NCBI GenBank assembly: GCA_040005095.1
Contig: JBDTZN010000003.1
Location: 12,089 to 76,088, forward strand
DNA from: Thermoleophilia bacterium
GTDB taxonomy: Bacteria; Actinomycetota; Thermoleophilia; Gaiellales; Gaiellaceae
Reading direction: 5' to 3'
DNA length: 64,000 bases
Part shown: positions 52,072-60,894 of the stretch, piece by piece
Layout of the letters: every line of letters starts with the position of its first letter
Numbering within the stretch: position 1 is the stretch's first letter
The notes under the pieces: generated by a model
What the model was told of the DNA's origin: nothing
The model's input: only the letters and a program-made list of their open reading frames with translations
Database searches by the model: none
Made by a program: the position numbers and the translations under genes

Positions 52072-52595
52072 CTCGCGGCATGGTGCATGGGCGGTTCCAG
52101 CCCTTCCATAACGGCCATCTCGAGTACCTGCACGGCGCAGCCGAGCGCTCGGACGAGGTCTTCGTCGGGATCACGAATCCCGACCCGAAGCGGATCAAGC
52201 CGGAACCCAGCGATCCTCTGAGGCATCTGCCCGAGTCGAACCCGTACTCCTACGCCGAGCGCCTGCTGATGGTGAAAGCGGCCGCCGGCGACCTCGGTCT
52301 CGATTCGGCGCGTGTCCACGTGATCCCGTTCCCGGTCAACGAGCCGGAGCTCTGGCCTGCCTATGTGCCCGCGGGCGTCACGCAGTACTTGCGCCTGTTC
52401 TCGGAGTGGGGTGGGACGAAGCTCGAGCGCATGCGGGAAGCGGGCTATGAGGTCGTCATCCTCGACGAGGGCGCGGAGAAGGAGATCTCCGGCGCGGTCG
52501 TGCGGGCCGCGCTCCGGGACGGCGGCGACTGGGAGAGCCTCGTGCCCCCCGGTGTGGCGCGCGTCCTCCGCTCACTCGAAGCGATTCCCGCTTAG
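52068..52595 (+). CDS. Cytidylyltransferase-fold nucleotidyltransferase, NadM-type NMN adenylyltransferase-like
   Basis: It carries the GRFQPFHNGH motif. Its start overlaps the selD stop (GTGA). Confidence 0.8.
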   Translation: MTRGMVHGRFQPFHNGHLEYLHGAAERSDEVFVGITNPDPKRIKPEPSDPLRHLPESNPYSYAERLLMVKAAAGDLGLDSARVHVIPFPVNEPELWPAYVPAGVTQYLRLFSEWGGTKLERMREAGYEVVILDEGAEKEISGAVVRAALRDGGDWESLVPPGVARVLRSLEAIPA

Positions 52596-52604
52596 GCTCA
52601 TCGA

Positions 52605-53852
52605 GTGCTTCCGATCGTCGTGATCCTGCTGGACGGGCTGGGCGACCGCGCGCATGCGGTGCTCGGCGGACGGAGCGGGAACGAAGCCGCGGAGACGCCG
52701 AACCTCGACCGGCTGTGCGCCTCAGGATCGTGCGGCCTCCTGTATGCCGTAGGCCCCGGGCGAGCGCCGTCGAGCGAGGTCGCGCACTGGTCGATGCTCG
52801 GGTACCGGCCGGAGGAATTTCCGGGCCGCGCCGTCTTCGAGGCCTTCGGCCGCGGCCAGGAGGTCGACCCTGCCGAGGTGCTCGCCTACGCTGCACTGCG
52901 CCCCGCCGAGCGTCGGGCTGACGGCCTCTGGCTGACCGGCCGGCCCGATCCGAAGGCCGATGCGGACGAGGCCTCACGGCTCGTCGAGCGCTGCAACGGA
53001 CTGGAATTTGAAGGGCTTCGCTTCTCGCTCGAACATGTGTGGCGCGGCGAGGCGATCCTCCGCGTCTCCGGCGGCGCGGACGACCGGGTCACCGACACCG
53101 ATGCGTTCTTCCGCGACCGCCACCCCGTCCTGCGCCCGCAGCCGCTCGCCCCGGAAGCCGAGCGCACGGCGCGCGCGGCCGAGGCGTGGACCCGGCGCGT
53201 GCTGGAGCTCCTCGACGGCGAACGCTTCAACGTGATCACGCTCAAGTGGTGGGGCCGGCTTCGCGAGCACCCGAGCTTCCTCGAACGACACGGGATCACG
53301 GGCGCGTTTGTCGCCGAATCGGCGTTCCTGCGCGGGCTCGGACACGCGCTCGGCCTCGAGGCGGTCGAGGAGCCCGAGACGGACGATCCGGTCGCGGACC
53401 TGCAGCGCCGCCTGGAGCACGTTCGCAAACGGCTCGACGCGGGCGACACGTTCGTCTTCATCCACCAGAAGACGACCGACGCGGCTGGGCACACGAAGGA
53501 TCCGCGGATCAAGCAGCAGACGATCGAGACCCTCGATGCGGCGCTCGCCGAGCTGCCGACCGACCGCGCGATCGTCTGCTTGACCGGTGACCACGCGACG
53601 CCCGCATCCCCTGACGTGATCCATTCGGGCGACCCTGTGCCGCTTGTCGTTGCCGGGCCTGGAGTGCGCGCCGACGGGGTCACGGAGTTCGGCGAGACGA
53701 CGTGTGCCGGGGGGATCCTCGGGCAGCTGCGCGGCCCCGACCTGATGCCGGTGCTTCTGAACGCGGCCGACCGTCCGCTCTTCCTGGGGTCGCGGCCGAC
53801 GCCGTACGACGGCGCCGACGGGTACCCGGCTCTGCTCGAACCCCTTCTCTAG
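52605..53852 (+). CDS. Archaeal-type cofactor-independent phosphoglycerate mutase-like metalloenzyme (ApgM family, alkaline phosphatase superfamily)
   Basis: ILLDGLGD...NLD, DAAGHTKD and LTGDHATP match the family. A 415-aa product lying 9 nt after the previous stop. Confidence 0.85.
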   Translation: MLPIVVILLDGLGDRAHAVLGGRSGNEAAETPNLDRLCASGSCGLLYAVGPGRAPSSEVAHWSMLGYRPEEFPGRAVFEAFGRGQEVDPAEVLAYAALRPAERRADGLWLTGRPDPKADADEASRLVERCNGLEFEGLRFSLEHVWRGEAILRVSGGADDRVTDTDAFFRDRHPVLRPQPLAPEAERTARAAEAWTRRVLELLDGERFNVITLKWWGRLREHPSFLERHGITGAFVAESAFLRGLGHALGLEAVEEPETDDPVADLQRRLEHVRKRLDAGDTFVFIHQKTTDAAGHTKDPRIKQQTIETLDAALAELPTDRAIVCLTGDHATPASPDVIHSGDPVPLVVAGPGVRADGVTEFGETTCAGGILGQLRGPDLMPVLLNAADRPLFLGSRPTPYDGADGYPALLEPLL

Positions 53853-53862
53853 ACTCGAACCG

Positions 53863-54780
53863 ATGGCCGTCGAGACATCCCGGCTCGCCCGGCTCCGGGC
53901 GGTCGAGCTCTCACCCGCGGGCTTCCGGAGGCTCGCCGCTCTGAGCGCGCTGATGCTGTTCGCGATCGTCTCGACCGGAGCGACGGTGCGCCTGACCGCG
54001 TCCGGCCTCGGCTGCGAGCACTGGCCGGGCTGCCAGGCGGGCAATCCGTTTCCGGCCAGCGGCGTCCACTCCTACATCGAGTTCGGGAACCGGATGGTCG
54101 CCGGCGTCACGATCTTCGTCACGCTGTTGCTTGCGGTCGCTGCGTTCTCGACGCCGGGCCTGTCGCGCCGGACGGCTTGGCTCACGCTGGCCGTCTTCGT
54201 CGGCACGCTTGCCCAGGCGCCGCTGGGCGCGATCACCGTCTATCTGAACCTCCATCCGCTGATCGTGATGCCGCACCTGATGCTCTCGATGGTGCTGCTC
54301 GCCTGGGCGGTGATCGTGCTGCTCGACGCCCTGCGGCTCGAGCGCGGGGAAGCGCCGCCGACGCTTCCCGAGGAGGTCCGTCGCTTTGTGCCCGCTCTGC
54401 CGGTCGCGTGCTTCGGCCTGCTCGTCTCGGGTGCGTTCGCGACCGCGGCCGGCCCGCACTCAGGTGGCGATGAGGTCGCGCGCTTCGGCACGCTCGACGT
54501 CGCGCTGGTGTTCCATGCCGCGTCGGTTGCCGCGTTCGGTCTCGGGCTGATCTTCCTGCTCGGCTATCTCGTCGCCCGACGCGACCGCTCACCACTCGCT
54601 TTCCGCGGAGCGGCCGTCGTGGTCTTTCTCACTTTGGTCCAGATGGGGCTCGGCGAGCTGCAGTACCGAACGCATCTCCCGTGGGGGCTCGTCCTGGCGC
54701 ACGTGGCGGTCAGCGCGGCTGTCTGGAGCAGCGCCGTTGCGCTCGCGAGCCTGATTCGGCGGCCGCTGAGAGCCACGTAG
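53863..54780 (+). CDS. ctaA: Heme A synthase (COX15/CtaA)
   Basis: GATVRLTASGLGCEHWPGC and HSYIEFGNRM plus multiple TM helices with conserved His match the family. Confidence 0.85.
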   Translation: MAVETSRLARLRAVELSPAGFRRLAALSALMLFAIVSTGATVRLTASGLGCEHWPGCQAGNPFPASGVHSYIEFGNRMVAGVTIFVTLLLAVAAFSTPGLSRRTAWLTLAVFVGTLAQAPLGAITVYLNLHPLIVMPHLMLSMVLLAWAVIVLLDALRLERGEAPPTLPEEVRRFVPALPVACFGLLVSGAFATAAGPHSGGDEVARFGTLDVALVFHAASVAAFGLGLIFLLGYLVARRDRSPLAFRGAAVVVFLTLVQMGLGELQYRTHLPWGLVLAHVAVSAAVWSSAVALASLIRRPLRAT

Positions 54781-54790
54781 ACTTTCCGGG

Positions 54791-55690
54791 GTGGCGGAAG
54801 AGATCCGAATCTCGCGTCGGCCGAGCCTGAACGAACCGGTGTTGATCACTGCGTTTCGGGGCTGGAACGACGGCGGCCAGGGCGCTTCGCTTGCCGGCGG
54901 ATATCTCGCAAAGGTCTGGCGGGCGGCGCGGTTCGCCGAGATCGAGCCCGAGACCTTCTTCGACTTCCAGGCGACGCGGCCGCAAGTCTCGCTCGTCGAC
55001 GGGCTGACGCGGAAGATCGAATGGCCTGACAACGCCTTCTATCACGCGCGCATTCCGGGAACGGACCGCGATGCGGTCCTCCTGCTGGGGATCGAGCCGA
55101 ATCTCCGCTGGCGGACGTTCACCGATCTCATCGTCAGCCTCTCCACCGAGCTCGGCGTCGAGCTGGCGATCACGCTCGGCTCGCTCCTCGCCGACGTTCC
55201 GCACACGCGTCCGGCGCCGGTGACCGGGAGCGCGAGCGACCAGGCGCTCGTCGAGTCGATGGGCCTGCAGGCGTCGCGCTACGAGGGGCCGACCGGCATC
55301 GTCGGCGTGCTGCACGACGCGTGCAAGCAGTCAGGCATCCCGTCAGTCAGCCTCTGGGCCGCGGTACCGCATTACGTCTCGCTCGCGCCGAGCCCGCGGG
55401 CCGCGCATGCGCTCTGCGTGCGCCTCGGCGAGCTGCTCGAGGTGGAGGTCGAGACTGGAGAGCTGGCGGAGGCAGCCGAGACCTATTCGGAGCAGGTCAG
55501 CGAGGCGGTCGCCTCGGACGTCGACACCCAGACGTACGTCGAGGAGCTGGAGCAGCGCAGCGACGCGATCGACGAGGTCACGGAGGCGGAGATCCCCTCC
55601 GGCGACTCCCTCGCCGCCGAGCTGACGCGGTTCCTGCGCGAGCGCGAAGCGGGCGGCGAGTCGGATCCTCCGCGCGACCCGCCTTCCTAG
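54791..55690 (+). CDS. PAC2-family (proteasome assembly chaperone 2-like) protein
   Basis: LITAFRGWNDGGQGAS, LLLGIEPNLRW and YEGPTGIVGVL followed by an acidic C-terminal tail match the family. Confidence 0.8.
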   Translation: MAEEIRISRRPSLNEPVLITAFRGWNDGGQGASLAGGYLAKVWRAARFAEIEPETFFDFQATRPQVSLVDGLTRKIEWPDNAFYHARIPGTDRDAVLLLGIEPNLRWRTFTDLIVSLSTELGVELAITLGSLLADVPHTRPAPVTGSASDQALVESMGLQASRYEGPTGIVGVLHDACKQSGIPSVSLWAAVPHYVSLAPSPRAAHALCVRLGELLEVEVETGELAEAAETYSEQVSEAVASDVDTQTYVEELEQRSDAIDEVTEAEIPSGDSLAAELTRFLREREAGGESDPPRDPPS

Positions 55691-55699
55691 AGCCGTCTC

Positions 55700-55791
55700 G
55701 ACGCTCCCGCTTCGCGGCCCGGTAAGGGAGCGCAGACGGACAGGCGGCGGAGCCACCTGCCCTGGAACGACGCCGCAGAGGCGGCGCCTTA
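55700..55791 (-). repeat. Structured non-coding element, copy B, beginning at the TAA of dipZ in the convergent gap with the PAC2 gene
   Basis: The sense (minus) RNA reads UAA-GGCGCCGC-CUCU-GCGGCGUC GUUCCA GGGCAGGUGGC-UCC-GCCGCCUGUCC GUCUGCGCUCCCUUACCGGGCCGCGAAGCGGGAGCGUCGAGACGG. Confidence 0.7.
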
Positions 55792-57447
55792 GCCGAAGGT
55801 GAATGCGTAAGCCGAGAGGCCGGGCGAGAACCGCAGCTCGAGCACACCCTCCGTAGGCTTCGGGAGCGCCAGGAGGGTGTAGAGCCGGTCACCGTTGACG
55901 GCGATCATCCCTGAGGGGCGGCCGTCCACGAGCTTCTCGACCCGGCCTTTCCCGCCGAGCACGAGGTAGACCCGCTGAGCCTGGAAGTGCAGCCGCAGCC
56001 CTGCACCCGAGCCGGCGACGATCCGCTGCGGGCCGACAGTCCAGCCACCGTCATACGCCAGCTCGTTCAGCGCGAGCGACCGCGGGAACGCATAGCGGGC
56101 GGGCTTGTCCTCCTGCACGGGGAGACCCGCGTACCGGTCGAGCCGCTGGTAGCCGAGGTACGACTCCGGCGTCACCAGCTCGTGCGGGGTCTGGTCCGCC
56201 TTCGGGACGGCGACTGGGAGCCTCGTGCCCGGCCGCTCCGCGAGGAGCCGCCGGATCAGTCCCTCCGTCTGCGCGTACTCGCCTTCGCCGAAATGCGCGT
56301 GGCGCACGTGTCCGCGCCGGTCGATCAGGTACTCCGCGGGCCAGTACTGGTTCGCGTACGCGTTCCAGGTCCCGTAGTCGTTGTCGAGCGGCACCGGGTA
56401 GCGGACGCCGTAACGCTTCGCAGCAGAGCGAACGTTCGAGACGTCGTGCTCGAAGGAGAACTCCGGAGTATGCACGCCGACGACGACCAGACCGCTGGAG
56501 CGGTAACGGTCGTACCAGGCTGTCACGTGCGGCAGCGTCCGAAGACAGTTGATGCAGGAGTACGTCCAAAAGTCGATCAGGACGACCTTGCCACGCAGTC
56601 CCTTCAGCGTCAGCGCGCGGTCTCCCGGTGTGTTCAGCCAGTGCGAGATCCGTTGGAAGTCGGACGCTGCGCCGTAGTCGGCCAACTGCGCTCCGTGCGG
56701 CGAAGCGGCGCGCGCGACGCCGGCGGAGCCGCCGCGCAGAGAAGCCAGCTTCTTGCGGGCGGTCCCGTTCCGCTCGATCTTCCCCTGCAGGTAGTTCGTG
56801 TAGTCCCCGAGCGCGAGCTGGGCCTTCGTATCGAGGTGGAAGATGATCGCAAACGCCGAGGCGGCGATCAGGACACCGGCGGCGACCCGAACCTGCTGCG
56901 CGCGAGGCCGGATCGCACGGGCGGCGCGCTGCCCGCCGACGGCGATCGCGAGCATCGGAACCGCGGCTCCGGCCGCATATGCGATCGTCAGGAGGATCGT
57001 GTCGAGGCCGACGTGCATGCTCGCCGCCTTGACCGTGATGACGGCCAGGACGGGGCCGGCGCACGGCACGAAGACGAGCCCGAGGCTGGCGCCGAGTAGG
57101 AAGCCGCCGCCGAGGTTCCGTCCCGAGCGCCGGCCGAGCCGGGCAAATGGTCGCTCCAGCAGCAAGCCGAGCTGTGGGATCAGCAGTGACGCGGCGAGCA
57201 CGAAGAGCAAGGCCAGCGCCAGGTTGCGGAGAAACGTCTCCGGGAGCCCGAGCTGGTCGAGTAGCCAGGCGGCGACCAGCGTGAACACGGTGAAGCTCGC
57301 GGCGAGGCCGGCGACGATCGCGTAGGGCCGGCGAGGCTCGTCATCCGTTGCGCTGCCGGCGAGGAGGATCGGCAGGACGGGGAGGACGCACGGGGAGATC
57401 GCTGTGACCACGCCCGCGAGGAAGCCGATTCCGAGGAGAAGGAGCAT
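55789..57447 (-). CDS. dipZ: DipZ-like fusion: CcdA/DsbD-type thiol-disulfide transporter plus thioredoxin-like (CxxC) plus C-terminal beta domain
   Basis: The N-terminal CcdA membrane domain has AISPCVLPVLP and FVPCAGPVL. The redoxin domain has FWTYSCINCLRTLPHV. The product is 552 aa. Confidence 0.85.
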   Translation of the reverse strand: MLLLLGIGFLAGVVTAISPCVLPVLPILLAGSATDDEPRRPYAIVAGLAASFTVFTLVAAWLLDQLGLPETFLRNLALALLFVLAASLLIPQLGLLLERPFARLGRRSGRNLGGGFLLGASLGLVFVPCAGPVLAVITVKAASMHVGLDTILLTIAYAAGAAVPMLAIAVGGQRAARAIRPRAQQVRVAAGVLIAASAFAIIFHLDTKAQLALGDYTNYLQGKIERNGTARKKLASLRGGSAGVARAASPHGAQLADYGAASDFQRISHWLNTPGDRALTLKGLRGKVVLIDFWTYSCINCLRTLPHVTAWYDRYRSSGLVVVGVHTPEFSFEHDVSNVRSAAKRYGVRYPVPLDNDYGTWNAYANQYWPAEYLIDRRGHVRHAHFGEGEYAQTEGLIRRLLAERPGTRLPVAVPKADQTPHELVTPESYLGYQRLDRYAGLPVQEDKPARYAFPRSLALNELAYDGGWTVGPQRIVAGSGAGLRLHFQAQRVYLVLGGKGRVEKLVDGRPSGMIAVNGDRLYTLLALPKPTEGVLELRFSPGLSAYAFTFG

Positions 57448-57482
57448 CGCTTCCTTCTTCGACTACGAGGTCGCCCCGGTTG

Positions 57483-60110
57483 TTACGCCGGTTCTTCGGC
57501 CGGAGGCGTTGCGGGCGGCGCTTCGGCGGTCGCGGTGGCGGGCTTCCGCCGCCGGCGCCTGCGTGGCTTCGGCGGAGCGCCGTTCTCCGCCGCCGCCTCG
57601 GGGCCGGATCCGTTCTGCGAGGCCTGCTGCTGCCCCGCGGTCGCCGGCTGCTGTGTCTGGTTCTTGCGCTTGCGGCGGCGCCGGCGGCGTGATCGTCCTG
57701 GCTGGACCTTCGGCGCCGGCAGGTTCTCGGCCAGCGCGGCCGCGACTTCGGGCAGCGTTCCGAGCCGCTCACGCGCCGCCTCGATCAGCTGTGTCGAGCG
57801 CGGCGTATAGCCCTCCGCCGAGGCCAGCAATGCAACGCCGACCTCGCGTGGCAGCTCGATCGACGCGTTGACGAGCTTCGCGGCGTTCTCCTCGTGCCGA
57901 TGGCCGCGGGAGTTGGCAAGCGCGCCGAGCAGCCGTTTGGCCTCGGGGAACTCCGAGCTGGCGCGGCGGTCCTGCACCTTGCGCGTGGCTCGTGCGAGCT
58001 TCCAGGTCCAGCGGGCGATGATCTGGTCGGGCGCGTTCGCCTTTCCATCGGCGATTGCTCGCAGCAGGATCCGCACGCCCTGGATCCGATCCTTGTCCCA
58101 CGTCGGCGCCTGGGTGACGAGCGTGACGAGGTCGTCGAAGTCTGCGCGCTCGACGGTCATGGAAACCCGGTCGGCGAGCGCGATCATGCGCAGCCTGCGA
58201 TTGGGATTCTCGGCAGCGCAGGTGGCTAGGAACTGCTCGAGGCAGCCCTTTGAGGCGCGGCCGTCCGTCAGCTTGGTCACGAAGTCGACGCGCTCCTCGA
58301 ACCGGACCTGGCGCCCGGCGATCGAGGCCCAGTACCGCTGCTCCTCCTCGTCGAGGTAGCGCGGATCGACGCGCTGCCACTCGCGCGCGATCACGGCGAG
58401 ACGGCGCGCGACGTTCGGCGTCACCGGGACGAGCCACGGTGCAGGCGTGAGGCGTCGGCGTGCACGGCGTTGGACGCGGCGGCGCGGCGCGGGCGTGACC
58501 CGTGCGCCTTCGCGGTAGAAGTCGGCTTCGAGCAGCGAGTGGAGCGAGACGACGCGGTCGTTGTGCGTTGCGCTTTTCGGGACGAAGTCGACGACGATGC
58601 CCGCCTCCTTGCGCGGGTGCGTACGCATGATCCGCCCGATGCGCTGCTGGTACACGCGCTTCGACGCGGTCGGCGCGAGGTGCATGCAGACCGTCGCGCG
58701 CGGCGAGTTCCAGCCCTCGGCGAGCAGCATCGCGTTGATCAGCACGTTGATCTCGCCGCGCTCGTAGGCTGCGAGCGTTTCGGCGAGCTGCACCGGCGGC
58801 GTGCGGCCGGAGACGGCCTCGGCCTTGAGGCCGGCGGCCCGGAACTCCTTCGCGAGGTTGTACGCGTGATCGACGCCGGCCGCGTAGACGATCCCGGGAG
58901 TCGACTCGAACCGGTCGCGGTAGAGGCTCGCCGCGGCCTGGTTCAGGGCTTGGTGGTCGAGCGTCTTGGCCAGCGCTTCCTGGTCGAAGTCGCCGCCGAC
59001 GATCGGCACCTGGTTGATCGCTGCGACCGGTGGGACGCGCAGACAGCGGAGCGGCGCGATCAGTCCGCGACGGGCGGCGTCGGCGAGTGGCAGGTCGTCC
59101 ACCGATGCTGGGAAGACGTCCGAGACCTGTTTCGCGATCAGCTCCTCGGTCGCGGTCATCCCGATGTAGATCGGCTCCGGGAAGCTCCGGATCGCCGCGC
59201 TCGTCTTCTCGCCGAGGGCCGTATGCGCCTCGTCGCAGATCACGAGCTGGTAGGCCTCGCGGCTGACGTCGCCCACGTGCCGCGCGAACCAGGCGTAGGT
59301 CTGGATCGTGAGGGGGTTCTCCTTGAGCGGCTCCATGCCCGTCACGATCGCCGGGTGGAAGCGGTCCGCGTAGCCCTCGTGGGTCAGGTCGCGGTCGAAC
59401 TGCGAGACGAGTAAGCGGCGGTGGGTGAGGATCAGGACGCCGAGCGTGCGGGCCGCCTCGACGAAGCCCGCGGCGGCGATCGTCTTGCCCGACGCGGTGG
59501 GGTGCCGGAACCGGAACCGTCTGGCCGCGCCCGGGTCCTCGCCGACGAACTCTTCCTCGTCGTCTTCCTCCTCGGCCTCGTTCGCTTCCTCGAGCGCCGG
59601 AGTCTCTTCGTCATCCTCGTCCGCCTCCGGAAGCTCGTCGGCGTGCGCGCCGTTGCCGTTCCCGTTCCCGTTCACCGCGGCCTGCTGCTCGTTGTACGCG
59701 ATCAGCTCCGTCAGCATTCCGGCCAGCGCGTCGATCTGGTGCCGGCGCAGCTCGGTGCCTGAAGCGAGGTGCGGCGGGCGCTCGCTCAGGACGCGCTCGA
59801 GGCCGAGCATAAGGCCGAAGCGCGTCTTCCAGGCCGGGGACGGGGAGCGCCGGCCGGCGGCGATCTCGGCGAGCGCTTCGTCCAGCGCGCGGCGCCGGGA
59901 CGTTCCCGGAGCAAGCGCGGCCGCCGGGTCCTCGTCGGCCCGTAGGAAGGGCTCGCCGGCCCATGCTTCGGCCTGAAGGGCGGCGGCGGCGAGGCCGTCC
60001 GTCTCCTCCGGCGCAGTCGTCGGATGCTTGGTCGTTTCCTGCATGTGCGCAGCACGATCCACGTGCTGCAACTTCGCGAGGTGGCGCGCTCGCTCAACTT
60101 CCCCTAGCAA
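57483..60110 (-). CDS. Superfamily 2 DEAD/DEAH-box helicase (ResIII-like) with acidic N-terminal insert and highly basic C-terminal tail
   Basis: Walker A is HPTASGKTIAA and motif II is VICDEAH, followed by a helicase C domain. An NGNGNGNG plus Asp/Glu run and a C-terminal RRRRRRKRK...PRRRRRRK are present. An alternative start is ATG 60044. Confidence 0.85.
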   Translation of the reverse strand: MLGEVERARHLAKLQHVDRAAHMQETTKHPTTAPEETDGLAAAALQAEAWAGEPFLRADEDPAAALAPGTSRRRALDEALAEIAAGRRSPSPAWKTRFGLMLGLERVLSERPPHLASGTELRRHQIDALAGMLTELIAYNEQQAAVNGNGNGNGAHADELPEADEDDEETPALEEANEAEEEDDEEEFVGEDPGAARRFRFRHPTASGKTIAAAGFVEAARTLGVLILTHRRLLVSQFDRDLTHEGYADRFHPAIVTGMEPLKENPLTIQTYAWFARHVGDVSREAYQLVICDEAHTALGEKTSAAIRSFPEPIYIGMTATEELIAKQVSDVFPASVDDLPLADAARRGLIAPLRCLRVPPVAAINQVPIVGGDFDQEALAKTLDHQALNQAAASLYRDRFESTPGIVYAAGVDHAYNLAKEFRAAGLKAEAVSGRTPPVQLAETLAAYERGEINVLINAMLLAEGWNSPRATVCMHLAPTASKRVYQQRIGRIMRTHPRKEAGIVVDFVPKSATHNDRVVSLHSLLEADFYREGARVTPAPRRRVQRRARRRLTPAPWLVPVTPNVARRLAVIAREWQRVDPRYLDEEEQRYWASIAGRQVRFEERVDFVTKLTDGRASKGCLEQFLATCAAENPNRRLRMIALADRVSMTVERADFDDLVTLVTQAPTWDKDRIQGVRILLRAIADGKANAPDQIIARWTWKLARATRKVQDRRASSEFPEAKRLLGALANSRGHRHEENAAKLVNASIELPREVGVALLASAEGYTPRSTQLIEAARERLGTLPEVAAALAENLPAPKVQPGRSRRRRRRKRKNQTQQPATAGQQQASQNGSGPEAAAENGAPPKPRRRRRRKPATATAEAPPATPPAEEPA

Positions 60111-60283
60111 GCGTCGCTTGTCAGAGCATACCCGATTTTTGGCGTTTCGCGGGCTCTCCGAGGCGCTGTGGAGGAATCGTCACCCACGCGTGCGATTTTC
60201 GGCGATACGCTCACGCCATGGGGAGGGAGGTGGGGTTCCCGGAGTTAGACGCGTGTGCCTAGAGAGGCGCTCGGGCGAAGGTT

Positions 60284-60880
60284 CTAGATCGGAGTGCCCG
60301 TCCCGCCCATGCCGCCGAAGATGGCGAACGGGTTCCCGGGGAAGGCCTCCCACACGAGCTCGCCGCCGGCCTCGACCTCGCCGTGGACTCGCTCGGCGAG
60401 CGCCTTCGCCTCCTCGCGCGTGCTCGTCCCCGCGATGACGTAGCGGAACTGCCGCACGACGCCGTAGCCCTCCGACTCGAGCTGCTCCGCCAACTCGCGC
60501 GCGGCTTCGCGAGACTCGCACTCGACGCGCACCTCCCACGGCGCATAGCCCTCCGCGAGCAGCTTCTCGTCGACGGATGGCCCGGGCAACTCGTCAGACC
60601 AGTGACCCTCCTCCTCGAGCCAGTGCTGGACGCGGCTCGTGCGCGCCTGCAGGCCCTCGTCGGCGAGCTCGGCCTCGATCACCTCGCGAGCTCGTTCCGC
60701 CTCGCGGCGCGTCGCGGCGTAGACGAAGAGGTCGCCGTCGTCCTGGGACACCGCGAGCCGGCGTCCTTCGAGCTCGCGCGCGAGGTCGCGCGCCTGCGAC
60801 CCGAGCTGGAGCCCGAGCCTCGAGAGCAGCCCTTCCGACTCCTCAGGGAGCTCGACGTGGATGCGCCAGTCGTCGGCCAC
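60284..60880 (-). CDS. Hypothetical protein with three internally repeated beta-alpha-beta modules
   Basis: GTG 60880 lies 15 nt after the fadB stop. The repeats are LFVYAATRREAERAREVIEAEL, VRVECESREAARELAEQLESEG and VIAGTSTREEAKALAERVHGEV. I recognise no family. Confidence 0.5.
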   Translation of the reverse strand: MADDWRIHVELPEESEGLLSRLGLQLGSQARDLARELEGRRLAVSQDDGDLFVYAATRREAERAREVIEAELADEGLQARTSRVQHWLEEEGHWSDELPGPSVDEKLLAEGYAPWEVRVECESREAARELAEQLESEGYGVVRQFRYVIAGTSTREEAKALAERVHGEVEAGGELVWEAFPGNPFAIFGGMGGTGTPI

Positions 60881-60894
60881 GGCGAAAGACCTAG

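Noticed and set aside
24318-55791. The two 90-nt direct repeats as attL/attR of a 31-kb integrated element
   Set aside because: The interior is ordinary housekeeping DNA (acs, nadE, M16 peptidase, selD, ctaA) with uniform GC. I see no integrase, recombinase, tRNA or phage/conjugation genes. A third diverged copy exists outside this interval, in the opposite orientation.
59651-59675. Short tandem repeat (gttgcc/gttccc units), checked as a possible CRISPR or VNTR array
   Set aside because: It lies inside the helicase coding sequence and encodes the NGNGNGNG low-complexity run. There are no spacers and no array structure.
57483-60110. ResIII-like helicase as part of a restriction-modification or other anti-phage defence system
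   Set aside because: No methyltransferase, nuclease, specificity subunit or other defence gene is adjacent. The neighbours are dipZ and a fatty-acid oxidation operon. The low-complexity tails suggest a housekeeping nucleic-acid helicase.
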